Under the pieces are notes generated by a model that had not been told where the DNA came from, ran no database searches, and worked only from the letters and a program-made list of their open reading frames with translations. Below, one piece after another: positions 1 to 11,784 of a DNA stretch of 46,878 nucleotides. The position numbers and the translations under genes were made by a program. The stretch is from Parasitella parasitica NRRL 2501 (Eukaryota > Fungi > Mucoromycota), in NCBI GenBank assembly GCA_025201805.1, contig MU619417.1:1-46878 (forward strand), written 5' to 3'. Each line of letters starts with the position of its first letter. Position 1 is the stretch's first letter.

Positions 1-370
1 TCTCTATTCAGAGTAATCAACAAAAAGCAGTGGTTTTGCAGTGATTTTGCTGGGAATATCACATTATCGCTCATAACATACCATCTAAGAGAGATCCAGA
101 GGTGCAAAATAGGTTACTGAATCCACAAAAGATGCCACTATCATCTCTCAGTTGTTACGTGTAAGGATGACGTTTCTATCCAGATTAATCAGCAAAAAGC
201 AGTCATTTTGAGTGAGGAAAAGCACATTAATTGCCATACCTTGAGTGAATCAAGTCCATATACCACCAAAATTCTATGCAATACTTGCCTACGTTACCTC
301 TACTTCTCTGTACAGTTTCGTGTAAGGTTGATGTTTGTATCCAGAGTAATTAAGAGAAATCTGTGATTTT
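1..370. repeat. Degenerate tandem repeat, period ~160-172 bp (about 2.3 visible copies, truncated by the window edge)
   Basis: Motif CAGA(G/T)TAAT recurs at 9, 181 and 342, followed by CA(A/G)CAAAAAGCAGT in copies 1-2. CGTGTAAGG(A/T)TGA(C/T)GTTT(C/G)TATCCAGA recurs at ~158 and ~319. Confidence 0.75.
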
Positions 371-777
371 TTAGTTATTGTGTGAGTAAAAAACTTGTTA
401 ATTAGGTTATGCCTAAAGAATATTTTTTAAGGATCAGTATAAACTGATCATCACATAATAAAAAGAATTTGCATAAATATTATAAATATGAACTTCAAAT
501 TACCCCAGAATATTCCACAAAGATCACAATCATCAATGTTGTATCTGTAATGAAATGGCACCTATTATATGGCACCACAATTACATTAAAATAAAATCCA
601 GATGGATCATGGCTGATCTATCCAAGAAAGAAATACATGAAAAGCACAAGTAAACATTAACAAGTGTTGGTAGAGGCTTGCACCCCTGATCAAAGTACAA
701 TCTCCTACAACCCTGGCACATGCTAATGTTGAACAACGCCACTCATAATCACAAATAAACAAATTTCAAACATGTAT

Positions 778-825
778 AAACAATGCAATTGTTAAAAACA
801 ATGCAATTGTTAAAACAATTGCAAT
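778..825. repeat. 18-bp tandem duplication AAACAATGCAATTGTTAA x2 plus a partial third copy
   Basis: Exact copies at 778-795 and 796-813; each unit is quasi-palindromic (AACAATGCAATTGTT). Confidence 0.9.
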
Positions 826-2059
826 AATTCTAGATGCCAGAAATGGCTTGTTTATTACACAATAAGGAAAGCTCAGTCGCATTAGAAATAATCAGGATCC
901 TCAAATATTACAATCCTGCCCAAAACCATAATAGTATCAATTTCAATACCAACATATCGAAATCTCAACTACAATACAAGTGAGAGAATGTCAACAAAAG
1001 TGATTCTTCAAATAAGAAGTAAAATAAGCATTCTCACTGTAGAGGCAATTTTACAAGTAGTATAAATACAAGCTCTCTTAAAGAGCATGTATCTTTTCTT
1101 CAGTTTTCCTTTTAATCGAAAATAAAGGTGGAAAGACTATACAGTAACTGTATTTCTCTGGCTTTATTTTTTTACTTTTTTTTATTTTCACATAAAATTG
1201 ATCCCAATTTTATTGCAGTATCCATAGAATATCATGGTTACAACTATTTCAACTCAGTTGTCATGGCAACCGTTCCTGATCGGATCTAAGGTTAAATGGC
1301 ATCGATTATTCTATCTAGTAAATAGGAGTATTGAATAGAATGTCTTGTATAAGAAACCATCTATTTGGGTTCTACTTATTCTGAACTGCGAAGCTCAACT
1401 TATCGATGAATGATTCACATTCATAACGATCAGCTGATTAAATATAGAAATAGGCCTTGCTCTGACTACTACCGTGTTATAATATTGTTTGACAATTAAA
1501 TGTCAAACATGACCTGATTTTATTTTATAGATTGGTTTAGATAGATTTATTCTAATATAAATAGACAGCTTCTTGTCAATCAATAAATCAATAGTTTTGT
1601 ATCTGGTAAAATTAAGTCTTTATTACTTTCTTATATTCTTTATATCATATACAATCACCCCCTGCTGTGCTCATTTTCAAGACCATGCTAGCATGGATTT
1701 AAGAAGACGTAATGCAATATCAAGAACAAATAGAAGCAACTCCAACACTCGTTAAATCCGCCATTGGTTATCTCTTTATCAACCGTTGCTGCCAAGACGT
1801 TCTGGATGAATAATCCAATATAATTTAGGTTCATATCCATAATAATCATTTACCCTTGGAAAACTAGTATAAAATATAGTTTTTAAATGACGTTTTGATG
1901 ATCTTCATCTAAAAAATAAATAACAGTTTTAAAAAGTATTTTTCATATATTTTTTACTAGTAATTTCACAGTATTGCTTATTTGATTGTAAATTTTGGTA
2001 AAAAGTGGTAGAACCGCGATCTAAAATGGAAAACTTTATAGTTTGGCAGTGTTGGGTTA

Positions 2060-2258
2060 AAAAAGATAATAAAAAACCAAATGTTAACGAGATACAAAAA
2101 CTTAAAGATACTTTATTTAACATCGAAATTGCATCTGCTATTTATACTTTTTACAACTACATAAATTTATGGTGACTTATTTAGATTACTAATTGACAAG
2201 AATAATTCACAGTGACAATCTACTTGGCAGGGTACGATATGAGGTTATACAGCAAGGG
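2060..2258. repeat. Large inverted repeat, left arm outer block (pairs with ~3512-3725)
   Basis: 2129-2183 is the reverse complement of 3601-3655 at 53/55 identity. Flanking blocks (ACGAGATAC.AAAACTT; CAGGGTACGAT) also match. Confidence 0.9.
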
Positions 2259-2313
2259 CTACACGTCTTTGTGTTATGCGCAGAGGATATATAAATATGA
2301 TCTGCTCAAAAAA

Positions 2314-2728
2314 NNNNNNNNNNNNNNNNNNNNNNNNNNNNNNNNNNNNNNNNNNNNNNNNNNNNNNNNNNNNNNNNNNNNNNNNNNNNNNNNNNNNNNN
2401 NNNNNNNNNNNNNNNNNNNNNNNNNNNNNNNNNNNNNNNNNNNNNNNNNNNNNNNNNNNNNNNNNNNNNNNNNNNNNNNNNNNNNNNNNNNNNNNNNNNN
2501 NNNNNNNNNNNNNNNNNNNNNNNNNNNNNNNNNNNNNNNNNNNNNNNNNNNNNNNNNNNNNNNNNNNNNNNNNNNNNNNNNNNNNNNNNNNNNNNNNNNN
2601 NNNNNNNNNNNNNNNNNNNNNNNNNNNNNNNNNNNNNNNNNNNNNNNNNNNNNNNNNNNNNNNNNNNNNNNNNNNNNNNNNNNNNNNNNNNNNNNNNNNN
2701 NNNNNNNNNNNNNNNNNNNNNNNNNNNN
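2314..2728. other. Assembly gap (415 N)
   Basis: Run of N preceded by an A-tract. Confidence 1.
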
Positions 2729-2830
2729 TATTACATGTTCTACTGTACATTAATAGCTTATTCCTTGTCATTGTATACAAAGAATTACCAATCTAATAAT
2801 TGCTTAATCTCATGCCTTTCTGGCACAACA

Positions 2831-3024
2831 CTTTGATCTGACAGTTCCTTAACCTTTATCCTGGTGCTCAGATCTGTTTTACTTACAGGAATAACCTTCT
2901 TGATTTGAAACAGAGACTTTATTCTTCAATTTACACAAGCGTATCACATCACATCATTAGACTATCTTCAATCTTCAATTGAAGTACATTGCCATGATCT
3001 CCTGTGTATAATTATGGCAGATCA
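2831..3024. repeat. Large inverted repeat, left arm inner block (pairs with 3318-3505)
   Basis: CTTTGATCTGACAGT, ATAACCTTC.TGATTTGAAACA.AGACTTTATTCT, CATGATCTCCT and ATTATGGCAGATCA all occur reverse-complemented in 3318-3505. Confidence 0.9.
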
Positions 3025-3317
3025 CAAACTCAAGTAAACTCAATCCTGAACACAATTGAGGAACAAATCCCAATGAAATCAACATGGCATGTTCATGGAC
3101 AATAAATACAATCTATCGTTCCATTCTCTAAATCACAGCATGTTTCACACTTGTATCTTATCCCCACCATCAGTCTACTTAGATTTACTAGTATATTAAC
3201 CATCGTTTTTCTCATGTAATAAACGAGATCTTTACCTGATTAATTCACAACCGTTTTATTTGAATAATTTCTCATTGTGATAAATCAAATATGATAGTAC
3301 CTTATCACTATTGTTAA

Positions 3318-3725
3318 TGATCTGCCATAATGCAGGTTAGGAGATCATGATGGTGTACTTTAATTAAAGATTGGAGATTGTCCAATGATGTGTTGTTAGA
3401 CTACTTGTCGAAACAGGAGAATAAAGTCTTTGTTTCAAATCAGGAAGGTTATCTGTAACACAGATCTGTATGATTGACAAACAATAAAGTACTGTCAGAT
3501 CAAAGATCAATAACCTTGTAGTATAATAATACATCGTACCCTGTTAAGGATATGATGTTGCTTGCAAATTATTCTTATCGATTAGTATCAACTAGTATTT
3601 TAAATAAGTCACCAAAAATTTATGTTGTTGTAAAAAGTATAAATAGCAGATGCAAAGTTGAATCTTTAATAAAGTAATCTCAAGTTTTCGTATCTCGTAA
3701 TTCAACGTTTTATATTATACTTTTC
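3318..3725. repeat. Large inverted repeat, right arm
   Basis: Colinear reverse complement of the two left-arm blocks; 293-bp unpaired spacer at 3025-3317. Confidence 0.9.
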
Positions 3726-4985
3726 TTATTTCGATCTTGCAGATCTCAACAGTTAAGGAATAAGATATGTACTGGCTCAGTAATAGAATTGTTTTACTTG
3801 AGATGTTTCATTTTTGAAATTGATTCAAAAATATGGGCTGATAAGGCATTTCAAATAGTTGGTCCGGGCCTTGACAGTTGTTAAGATATGTACTGTAAAA
3901 GGCACAGCAAAATTTAGAATTTAATTTGTTGGCTAAAAAGTATATCCTTTTTTTTTTGTTTGAAAATAGCTTGATGTTGAAGCAAAAAATTAGAAAATCT
4001 CAAACTTGGATACCCTCTGCAGTATGAATATTGATACTTCGTAAAACAAGTAATGCAGAACAGTTTCTATTAGAATAGTACGGTAAATTCTTTGCTCAAT
4101 CATGGTAGCACCTTCAACAGATTTAACTGCTAAGCTGAACAAAAGAGCTTTGGGTATAAAAATAAAAGGAAAGAAACTTCACTTGATCAGGCAGTTCTGA
4201 TATGTTACACTGATATGTCGTTTGCGTTGTAAAATCAAATTTGTTAAGAGAATGAATACTATAAAAGCACAATGCACTTTACATGGCTCATTGAACAGAA
4301 CTCTAGGAAAAGCGCGATTGATTTTATACAGCAATTATTATGGGTTTAATGTCTTAAGAATAGACAGTTATAGGGTAAGACTGGATTTTGAGAGATTGTG
4401 CGTCTTCAATTTGGCATGTTTGATGTTTAGAGCAGAGACGAAGCTACCCAGAAAATTTATATTACCATTTAGCAGCTATCTTATCATTAAGGACTTCACA
4501 AATGCGGCAACAATTTATGAAATATCAACACCAACTTACATTACACAATGTAACAATCGCATTTGAATCTAACATTGATCATCTCGAAGAATGATTTCGA
4601 TGATCAAAAAGTAATTAGAATTGAATGGCTATGGAAATCAAAGCAAAAATTTTAGCAAAAGGCTATGATATTTGGTAAAACGTTATAATGCATTGCTTTT
4701 TTGAAACAAAATACTACAACACCACATTCACACATCTACAAGACTATTAAAATCTAAGTTGTGATTTGGTTGATAAAGTTGTTTATTCCTGGCAGAAGAT
4801 AGCAAAAATGATAATGGTTGCAAACATTCTTAGGAGTAGAATAATGAAGACGTTACGAGGCTTTAGCAAAAATTCACTAGTAGTCCTACAAGGCATTGCT
4901 TCAGCTTGTGAAAAGCAAGCATTAATTTTTTCTTTAGGATCTAGAAACTCTTTCAACCCAACTAATTCAACAACACTCTTTTTTA

Positions 4986-6047
4986 TTAAAAAAACCATGA
5001 ACCAATCTTTCTTAATGTTTGAGATTGTGCCATAGGCGTAGTAGCAGTATCTGTATTGGCTTTTTTTTGTGCTTTTTTATACTTGATCCACTTTTGAAAC
5101 CGTTTCCCTGACAACAAGGTAGGCGAAGGAAACCCTGAAGGAGTAGGCGTTGTTGCAGTTTCTGTTTCTTTGGGAGGAACTGCTGGCGGTACTGATGATG
5201 CAATATCAACAATAGCTGTCTTTGTTTCTGATGTGCTCATCCAAGCTGGTATATCTTGGTGTGCAGGTGTAATGGTGATTGCAGCATTCGGCATATCGTT
5301 TACTTTATCACCAAGACAGCTTAGAGACTCTCTCAATTTTGTAGTTGTTGCGGTCGCTGAACTACAACATACCTGCTGCTGTTTGTGTTGGTTATGATCT
5401 GACCAGTCTCTCTTTTGATTCGCTTTTAATTTCAATATCTCTCGCATAGCATACAAACCAACGGTTTTGACATGCGCACATGTGACGGTATCCATCAAAG
5501 GCAAACAGCGCATGAGAGTACACCAGTGAGTATATTGTGTGTCCAACATGTCGTTTAAAGATTGCTGGCTGGAGCCCATAAATGAAGAAGAGTTGGCAGT
5601 TGTTTGAAATGGTTCGATTGGGTTTGGCCATGGTACTCCATCTGCTGAGGACACGGTTCCTGTGCTTGCACAACATTCATTGGGACATTTCTGAAGGCTT
5701 TCATTGTCTTCCAAACGCTGTAAAAGTGCCCCGTAATTTTGTGGGACATAGGAAGCCCAGGGGTCAATAATGGAATGCGTAGGTGGCCTTTTAATGGCGT
5801 CGCTTTTTGTGTAATGATGGTGCTCTTGTTGAGGTAACGGTGGTAACGGTGGTTGCTGTGGTTCCGATGTTTGTTTTTTGCTGGCGGATTCCTTTTCTAA
5901 ATCGTCAATTTGGACAGATAATCTTTTCACTAAAAAAGCTAAATCGTCCATGGATACATTTCCGCTATTTGATGCAATAGGCTCTACTTTAGATCGTTTT
6001 CCGCCAAGCAAGTTTAACTTTCGAAACGAGTGGTTATTTGATAACAT
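4986..6047 (-). CDS. Hypothetical protein (~350 aa, low-complexity P/Q/S/T regions with a short helical core); may extend via an intron into ORF 4783-4940
   Basis: Long open frame (ORF 4986-6122); likely start MLSNNHSFRKL at 6047; no recognised domain. Confidence 0.75.
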   Translation of the reverse strand: MLSNNHSFRKLNLLGGKRSKVEPIASNSGNVSMDDLAFLVKRLSVQIDDLEKESASKKQTSEPQQPPLPPLPQQEHHHYTKSDAIKRPPTHSIIDPWASYVPQNYGALLQRLEDNESLQKCPNECCASTGTVSSADGVPWPNPIEPFQTTANSSSFMGSSQQSLNDMLDTQYTHWCTLMRCLPLMDTVTCAHVKTVGLYAMREILKLKANQKRDWSDHNQHKQQQVCCSSATATTTKLRESLSCLGDKVNDMPNAAITITPAHQDIPAWMSTSETKTAIVDIASSVPPAVPPKETETATTPTPSGFPSPTLLSGKRFQKWIKYKKAQKKANTDTATTPMAQSQTLRKIGSWFF

Positions 6048-7257
6048 ATTTGTAAATGCCAATAATGATAATAAAAAAAGAAAGAGAATTTCTTTCGAAG
6101 CAGGACTTATACATTGCGACAATCGTCAGAACAGCGTTGATATTATAACTTGAACTATTATTATTTTCAAAGAATTTCGGAGAGTAATACTGTATACACA
6201 TGTTAAAGAGACCGAAATTTCCTTTTGATGATATTATATAATAAAGATTATAGGTGATGATAACTCCCGTATGACAACAAGAAATCGCGCAACCATTTGC
6301 GCTGATAATTTATGATTACTGGTATGCATGCACAAATATTATTATGGCCTGATGCCGTTTTGAGTCAAATAAGTGTTCCTGGTTACTTGCTTTTTGGTAC
6401 GGAATTCTTTTTTATGATCTACCAGATTTGTAGCACATTTAACATCCTTGTTGCTTGCATGCATAACTTGTGTATATATTATATCAATACGAGGCGTAAG
6501 ATTTTCATGGCTATTTTTAAATCTCGGATCAAACTGTAACTGTTCTATGTGTATATGATGGTATACCACTATCATATCGATAAATATGAAGAAAAAACCT
6601 CCTATTTCATGGTTACAGCAAGACATATTCCGCCAACCGGCAGACATTACACAAGCACGACAATGCGCAGTTGCTGAAATTAATAGCTTTTGAGTGTGTG
6701 TTAACATGCATGAAGTTTATAATTTCTACACTGGTTTCGTAGCCAAAGGTAATGCCAAAATCTACAACTAATTTTTGTTGTAGTTGACAGACTATATTAT
6801 TTGAAACATCTAAAAGTTTTTTAGGAAGAAGAGAAAAGTTTAAAACGGATAAACAATAACAAATAAAGCAGAATGTTGTGCGTTGTTATTGCTTGATGAT
6901 GTGTTTGGTATAGTCTGTTTGTTTAGAAACTAAAAGGATGATCGTTTTTAGAAGGACATGTGTATCTAATGCAATGACCTCCGTAACTTGACAATTGCAT
7001 CCATATGGATACACATTTTCTGTTTAAGCGTGGAATTCTTGTTGTTCCATTCGTAAACACTGTCCAGTAGCACAGTTCCATGGCAATTTTAGTTTAAATT
7101 TATTGTGATTTGTAGTTTTTTTTTTATTGTATAATATATGAGAAATGAGTGAATGATTGTATATAAATTGTATGTATATAATAAAAGTATATGTATAAGG
7201 AGCGACTATAGAAATATTTTGTATGTACAGAGTCATTTTTCAGAGCATTGCAGAAGT

Positions 7258-8129
7258 TTAAGCTCTAATAAAAGCAAGATCTTCGTAAACGCCTTTTGCT
7301 AATTCAAATACACGGCTGTATAATTCGGATTGGAGATCAGATGTTAACTCAAAAATGTATCTATTCAAGAAGCCGTGTTGAGGTTCTTGTTTGATAGACT
7401 CTTGACCAGATTTGCTTGTGAATGAGACGAGAATGGCGGTCCAAATCTTTTCAGTCAGTGTTTCTTCTTCTTGGTCCTCTGCAGCAAAGGGGTTGTTTTC
7501 TTGATCAAAGATAGATTGGCATGATTTCAATGCCAATTTAACTTTGTAGAGAATATCGAATCTGTCAACAGCAGCAATGACACGATCAGCAATGTCCATA
7601 TTCAGCAGCTCTAAAGAGGCAACAAGCTCATCCATGACCTCTTGTTCCCAGTGACCTTTATTGATTGCATTCAATATGATTTGGCGGTATTCAATATCGG
7701 CAGTGGTCCACAGTTCCGAGACGATGGCATCAACACTGGAGTAGATTTCGTTGCTGAGTTCATGGATTTGATTAGCAATCATTCCTGGCATTTGTGCAAC
7801 ACAGACATCTATTGGAAAGTCAGTTTGTCACTCTTTAAACATTTCAATCTGATGAAATTACCTTGGATGTTGGGGGATCCCATCAATAACTCAGATTGGG
7901 GTCTCAAGGCAGCTTGCATATCGTGGGGGTTTTTAATCACAATGGATAATTCAGTCAGCAAGCCTTCGTTGTGTTGACTGAGGATGTCATCAATGATGGA
8001 TTCGTAGTGAGCTTGTGCAGTGTCTCTGATCAGCATGTCAGACTGAACAGAGTTAAAGCTGATTTGAAGGCCTTGGACGGCCATCAAGAAAGTGCATGTG
8101 AAGAGTAAGATGTATGATAAAGTAGACAT
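7258..8129 (-). CDS. Hypothetical secreted alpha-helical protein, 2 exons
   Basis: Signal-peptide-like MSTLSYILLFTCTFLMAVQG; GT-AG intron ~7861-7809 joins ORFs 7809-8204 and 7258-7791 in frame. Confidence 0.8.
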
Positions 8130-9177
8130 TGTTCGTTTGTATGTATTAAGATTGAGCAATTGACCAGCAACTGTTGAAAAACTAGAAATGAAATGTTGTA
8201 GCAAAAGGAGACAAAGAAACGTTACAAATTAAAAATTGCCCATTGTATTTATACTATTTTGCATGTCTAGAACGATTTGCATAAATTCAATCTCAATACA
8301 GTAAACTAGACTTTGTGCGCACATCATATAAACCAGGCAACCAAACAAACTCATTATTTACGCACAGATCTCGTGATGAAACGATGGGTTACACCTAAAT
8401 GAGGGCAGGTGTTTTTGAGTAAAGAAAGAAAAAGAAAAACAAAAGATAGAGAGAGAGAAATGATAAAATATGTGCTCAACTGTAGGCAATGTTTTGGCCT
8501 GAGACTCTTTTGTCTTGTAGTCTGTCCATCTCATTGTCATAATTTTCATTGTCAATGTAAGTGTTCATTGTTGTATGAAGCTGATTCAATGCCCGAACAT
8601 ACTACACCATGCAGATGAGGTGGGGGGGGGAGAGGAGCCTCCTGTAACAAAGAGAACGAAAACAAGGGGTTGTTAATCTATAATAATGCTCTTTTCTTGT
8701 TGTTTTTGAGAGTTTTTTTTTTTACTCCCTAGAAGGCCATAGTCAATATTTGCATCATACCATATATCAACTTGGATGTAAATACACAAAAACCTAATAG
8801 TCTACTTTATATCCGAAACTTATTTTCTTAATGATTTGATATCCATAATAGGTCAAAATTAATGTCCCTTGATTGGTATTTTCCTGATTCGGTTATGATT
8901 CTAAAAAGAGGGGCATCTCCATGAAATTATTCGTAATATGTAGACTGGATCTTACCATGTACACACGGTTGGGATTATACATGTTGCGAGCCCACCTCTA
9001 CCGGTACAACAACCGCTGATTCCTTCCCTCCTAAACATCACCTACATGGCAGAGATGTTTAACGCGGATGTTTAATATATGCTGCAGCAACATTCATCCT
9101 GACTACGTTGTTACATACACTACAGATTAGCGTTCGAAAGATTTTTTTGTTTTTTTTCTTTCATCCAACAGCACATC

Positions 9178-10094
9178 ATGGAAGAGGGTAATACGTTTTC
9201 GCTTGTAAACCACGTAAGATTAACCGTTTATGTCTTGAATAGAAGCATTTTTAAAGCAGCGTCTGGCGTTGGATGACAGACACGTTAAATTACTTGAAAA
9301 GAAATACTACAATTTTCTACAAACATTATACGATGAACCACTAGAGAGATCGTAAGCATTTTTGGGGATATTGCACAGAATTGCTTGCTCATTCATCTCG
9401 TTAGTCAGTTCCAGTTGGAAAACCTGTTGATTTTGTTATTAAATTATCAAACAAGTCTCGAACGCCATCCTCGTATTCAAGCTGCTAATACCCAAGAAGT
9501 GGAAGAATACGAAAATATTGTAAAAGAGACAGCCATCATACAAACCAAAGCAAGCGTAGATATCGTGGCCTTGAAAGAAGACTTGATAAAAGCCCAGAGA
9601 GCGAGAGATCAGAAACTGGAATATGATCGTGTAGCGAGAGAAATCATGAAATTTGAGACTAGAAATACCTATGCAGAATCCATCGACAATCTTCAGAACG
9701 ACATTCAGCTATTACAGCGAGAAAAAGCCAACAAACTAAGGGCATTCGAAGGTCGCAAAGAAAACTTGACAAAGCTGGTGGACTCATTAAAAGGTCTACA
9801 AAAATCGGTGGAGGACGAGCGTGCCAATTTGGTAAGTTGATACACAAGCATGCTATGATCCAGTTTTGCTAAACTTTTCTCTTGCAGACTGACGATCAAA
9901 AGAAACTCTTGGATATGGAAAGAGGCTATGTTTCTTCCGATGATGAAGGCGATATTGGACTATCTGACGATGAACCTGAGGTCGAAGAAGTGAAGGAGCC
10001 TGCAGCATCGACAAATCACAGATTCCAAGAAAGAAACGACGAAGAAGACGAAGAAGAGGGCATTGTACTCGATACACCCATGGCAGATCAATAA
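9178..10094 (+). CDS. THOC7: THO complex subunit 7 (THOC7/Mft1-like), 4 exons
   Basis: Spliced MEEEAFLKQRLALDDRHVKLLEKKYYNF...QEVEEYE...LKEDLIKAQRARDQKLEYDRVAREI matches the THOC7 coiled-coil pattern. Introns ~9188-9242, ~9352-9404, ~9832-9887. Confidence 0.85.
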
Positions 10095-10098
10095 TTTT

Positions 10099-11200
10099 TT
10101 ATTTTAAATATTCCTCCACTGCGTTTTTACTGTATATATAAAGCTGTTGTTGGATTTTTTCGTCTTCACTTTCCTTGTTGCTGAATAAGGTAAACGGCTT
10201 GTTATTCATCCAGTACTTTCCGCCTGTCGTTATGTCTGGACTAGATGCCAAGTGTATGCTGGTTTGTGCTCCCTGCGCGGGGGAATTGGACAGCAGGTAA
10301 AAAATAGGATAGAATATGATATCTAGAATATGAAATATGCCCGAGTTCTTTGCAAATTGAGTGCGGACCATCCCTGGATGGACTGAATTGGCAACCAAAC
10401 CTGGATGCGATCTATCCAAGTAATTGGCATAGGTGACATTAGCTAGTTTAGATTGCGTGTAAGCTTTCCAGCCAGTGTATTTGCGCTTCTCAAACTGAAC
10501 ATCCTGGAAATCTATGTGACCAAAAAGCATAGCATGGCTGGATAAATTAATAATGCGTGCAGGATTTGATTCATTTAGTGAAATCATTGCTTTCTGTAAT
10601 AGCGATTCTGTCAATAAGAAATGACCTAAATAATTGGTACCAAACTATATGATAGTGATAGTCATATGTATCATGTTATATAAATCAGTGTTATCATTAT
10701 CCGCTTCATATCATTTTACCTGCATCTCGAACCCATCTTTTGTTTGTCGCTTTTCATTCAAAATGACACCCGCATTGTTAATTAAGATGTCAACTTTAAT
10801 GGACCGACTGGCTAATCGACCCACGAAATCTTTAATTAAAGATAAATCGGTTAAGTCCAGAAATTCCAAGACTACGTTTTGCGTATCGTTGCCAGTGTAT
10901 GCTTTGCAGATCAATTCATGTGCCTGTTTGGCTTTATCTGATTCACGACAAGCCATAATGATCATTTTGGGGTTCATTTTAGCTAATCCCAGTGCAGTTT
11001 GTTTACCTATACCATCGCTTGCGCCTGTTTCAGGTGATTTACTACACAGCTCAAGCTGCAATATGTGTTGAATGCTTACCAGTAATTAGTATCACCTTAC
11101 TTGAAATATCTAGCACGATAAAAACAAACAAATACACACATATGGATCAGTTTGGAAAGTTCATTCCATTTGGTGTCCCTATATTACCATTTTTCCCCAT
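10099..11200 (-). CDS. Short-chain dehydrogenase/reductase, retinol dehydrogenase (RDH12/WWOX-like) type, 4 exons
   Basis: Spliced VILITGASDGIG (TGxxxGxG), LINNAG, FGTNYLGHF, catalytic YTQSK and VHPGMVRT. Confidence 0.93.
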
Positions 11201-11784
11201 TTTATCTTTCTATACAACTTGCGTACTAAAAAGAAAAGAGACAAAAAAGAATTGTATCCACATCATAGCTTTATCAAGGTATTGGTACTAAACTACCGCA
11301 CGATTTTCTCTCGCTTGGTGCATACAATCTCGATATGTTACAGGAGTCATAACGGTGTTTAAAGATGCCATGGGCTTCTTTCTTTATATGATTATAGATA
11401 AATACGATTGGATCGAAAACATTACTACTCATTCGAAGCACATTCGCTATCCCCAGAAGAAAATTGCTTGCGTAACCCATTCTTTCCGTTATTTGCAGGA
11501 AAAAAAAAAGGCGCATTTATTCTTTACGATCCGTAAAATTTGCTTCCAACTCACAACAACCCATACCTACCACTTAATTGCATATAAGGAGCTTTCAGAT
11601 GTTAAATTCAGGCTAGCGTTTTGGCAACAGATATGTAAATAAATAGTATTTGTAAATTAATTTTGTAAGAATTAGCCGTGCAATACAAATGTGAATTTAT
11701 TGAATAATTGATTAAAGTATATTATATGGTATATGTACAATATTCATTAGTTGATTATTAAGAGTATAAAAGAGGAATAATGAT

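Noticed and set aside
1-370. CRISPR-like spacing of repeated motifs
   Set aside because: Eukaryotic context, degenerate units with a ~170-bp period and no cas genes.
500-660. Frame YPRIFHKDHNHQCCICNE reminiscent of a LINE C-terminal Cys knuckle
   Set aside because: Too short, with no RT or endonuclease motif nearby; a retroelement call cannot be supported.
2212-2836. ORFs of 168-194 aa spanning the N run
   Set aside because: Artefacts of translating through the assembly gap.
4222-4566. 114-aa ORF in the gene-free zone
   Set aside because: TTG start, no motif, and composition typical of AT-rich non-coding DNA.
8790-9060. RNase P/MRP-like 5' wording (GGAGGGAAG..ATCAG) on the minus strand
   Set aside because: No convincing CR-I/CR-V pair forming helix P4 was found.
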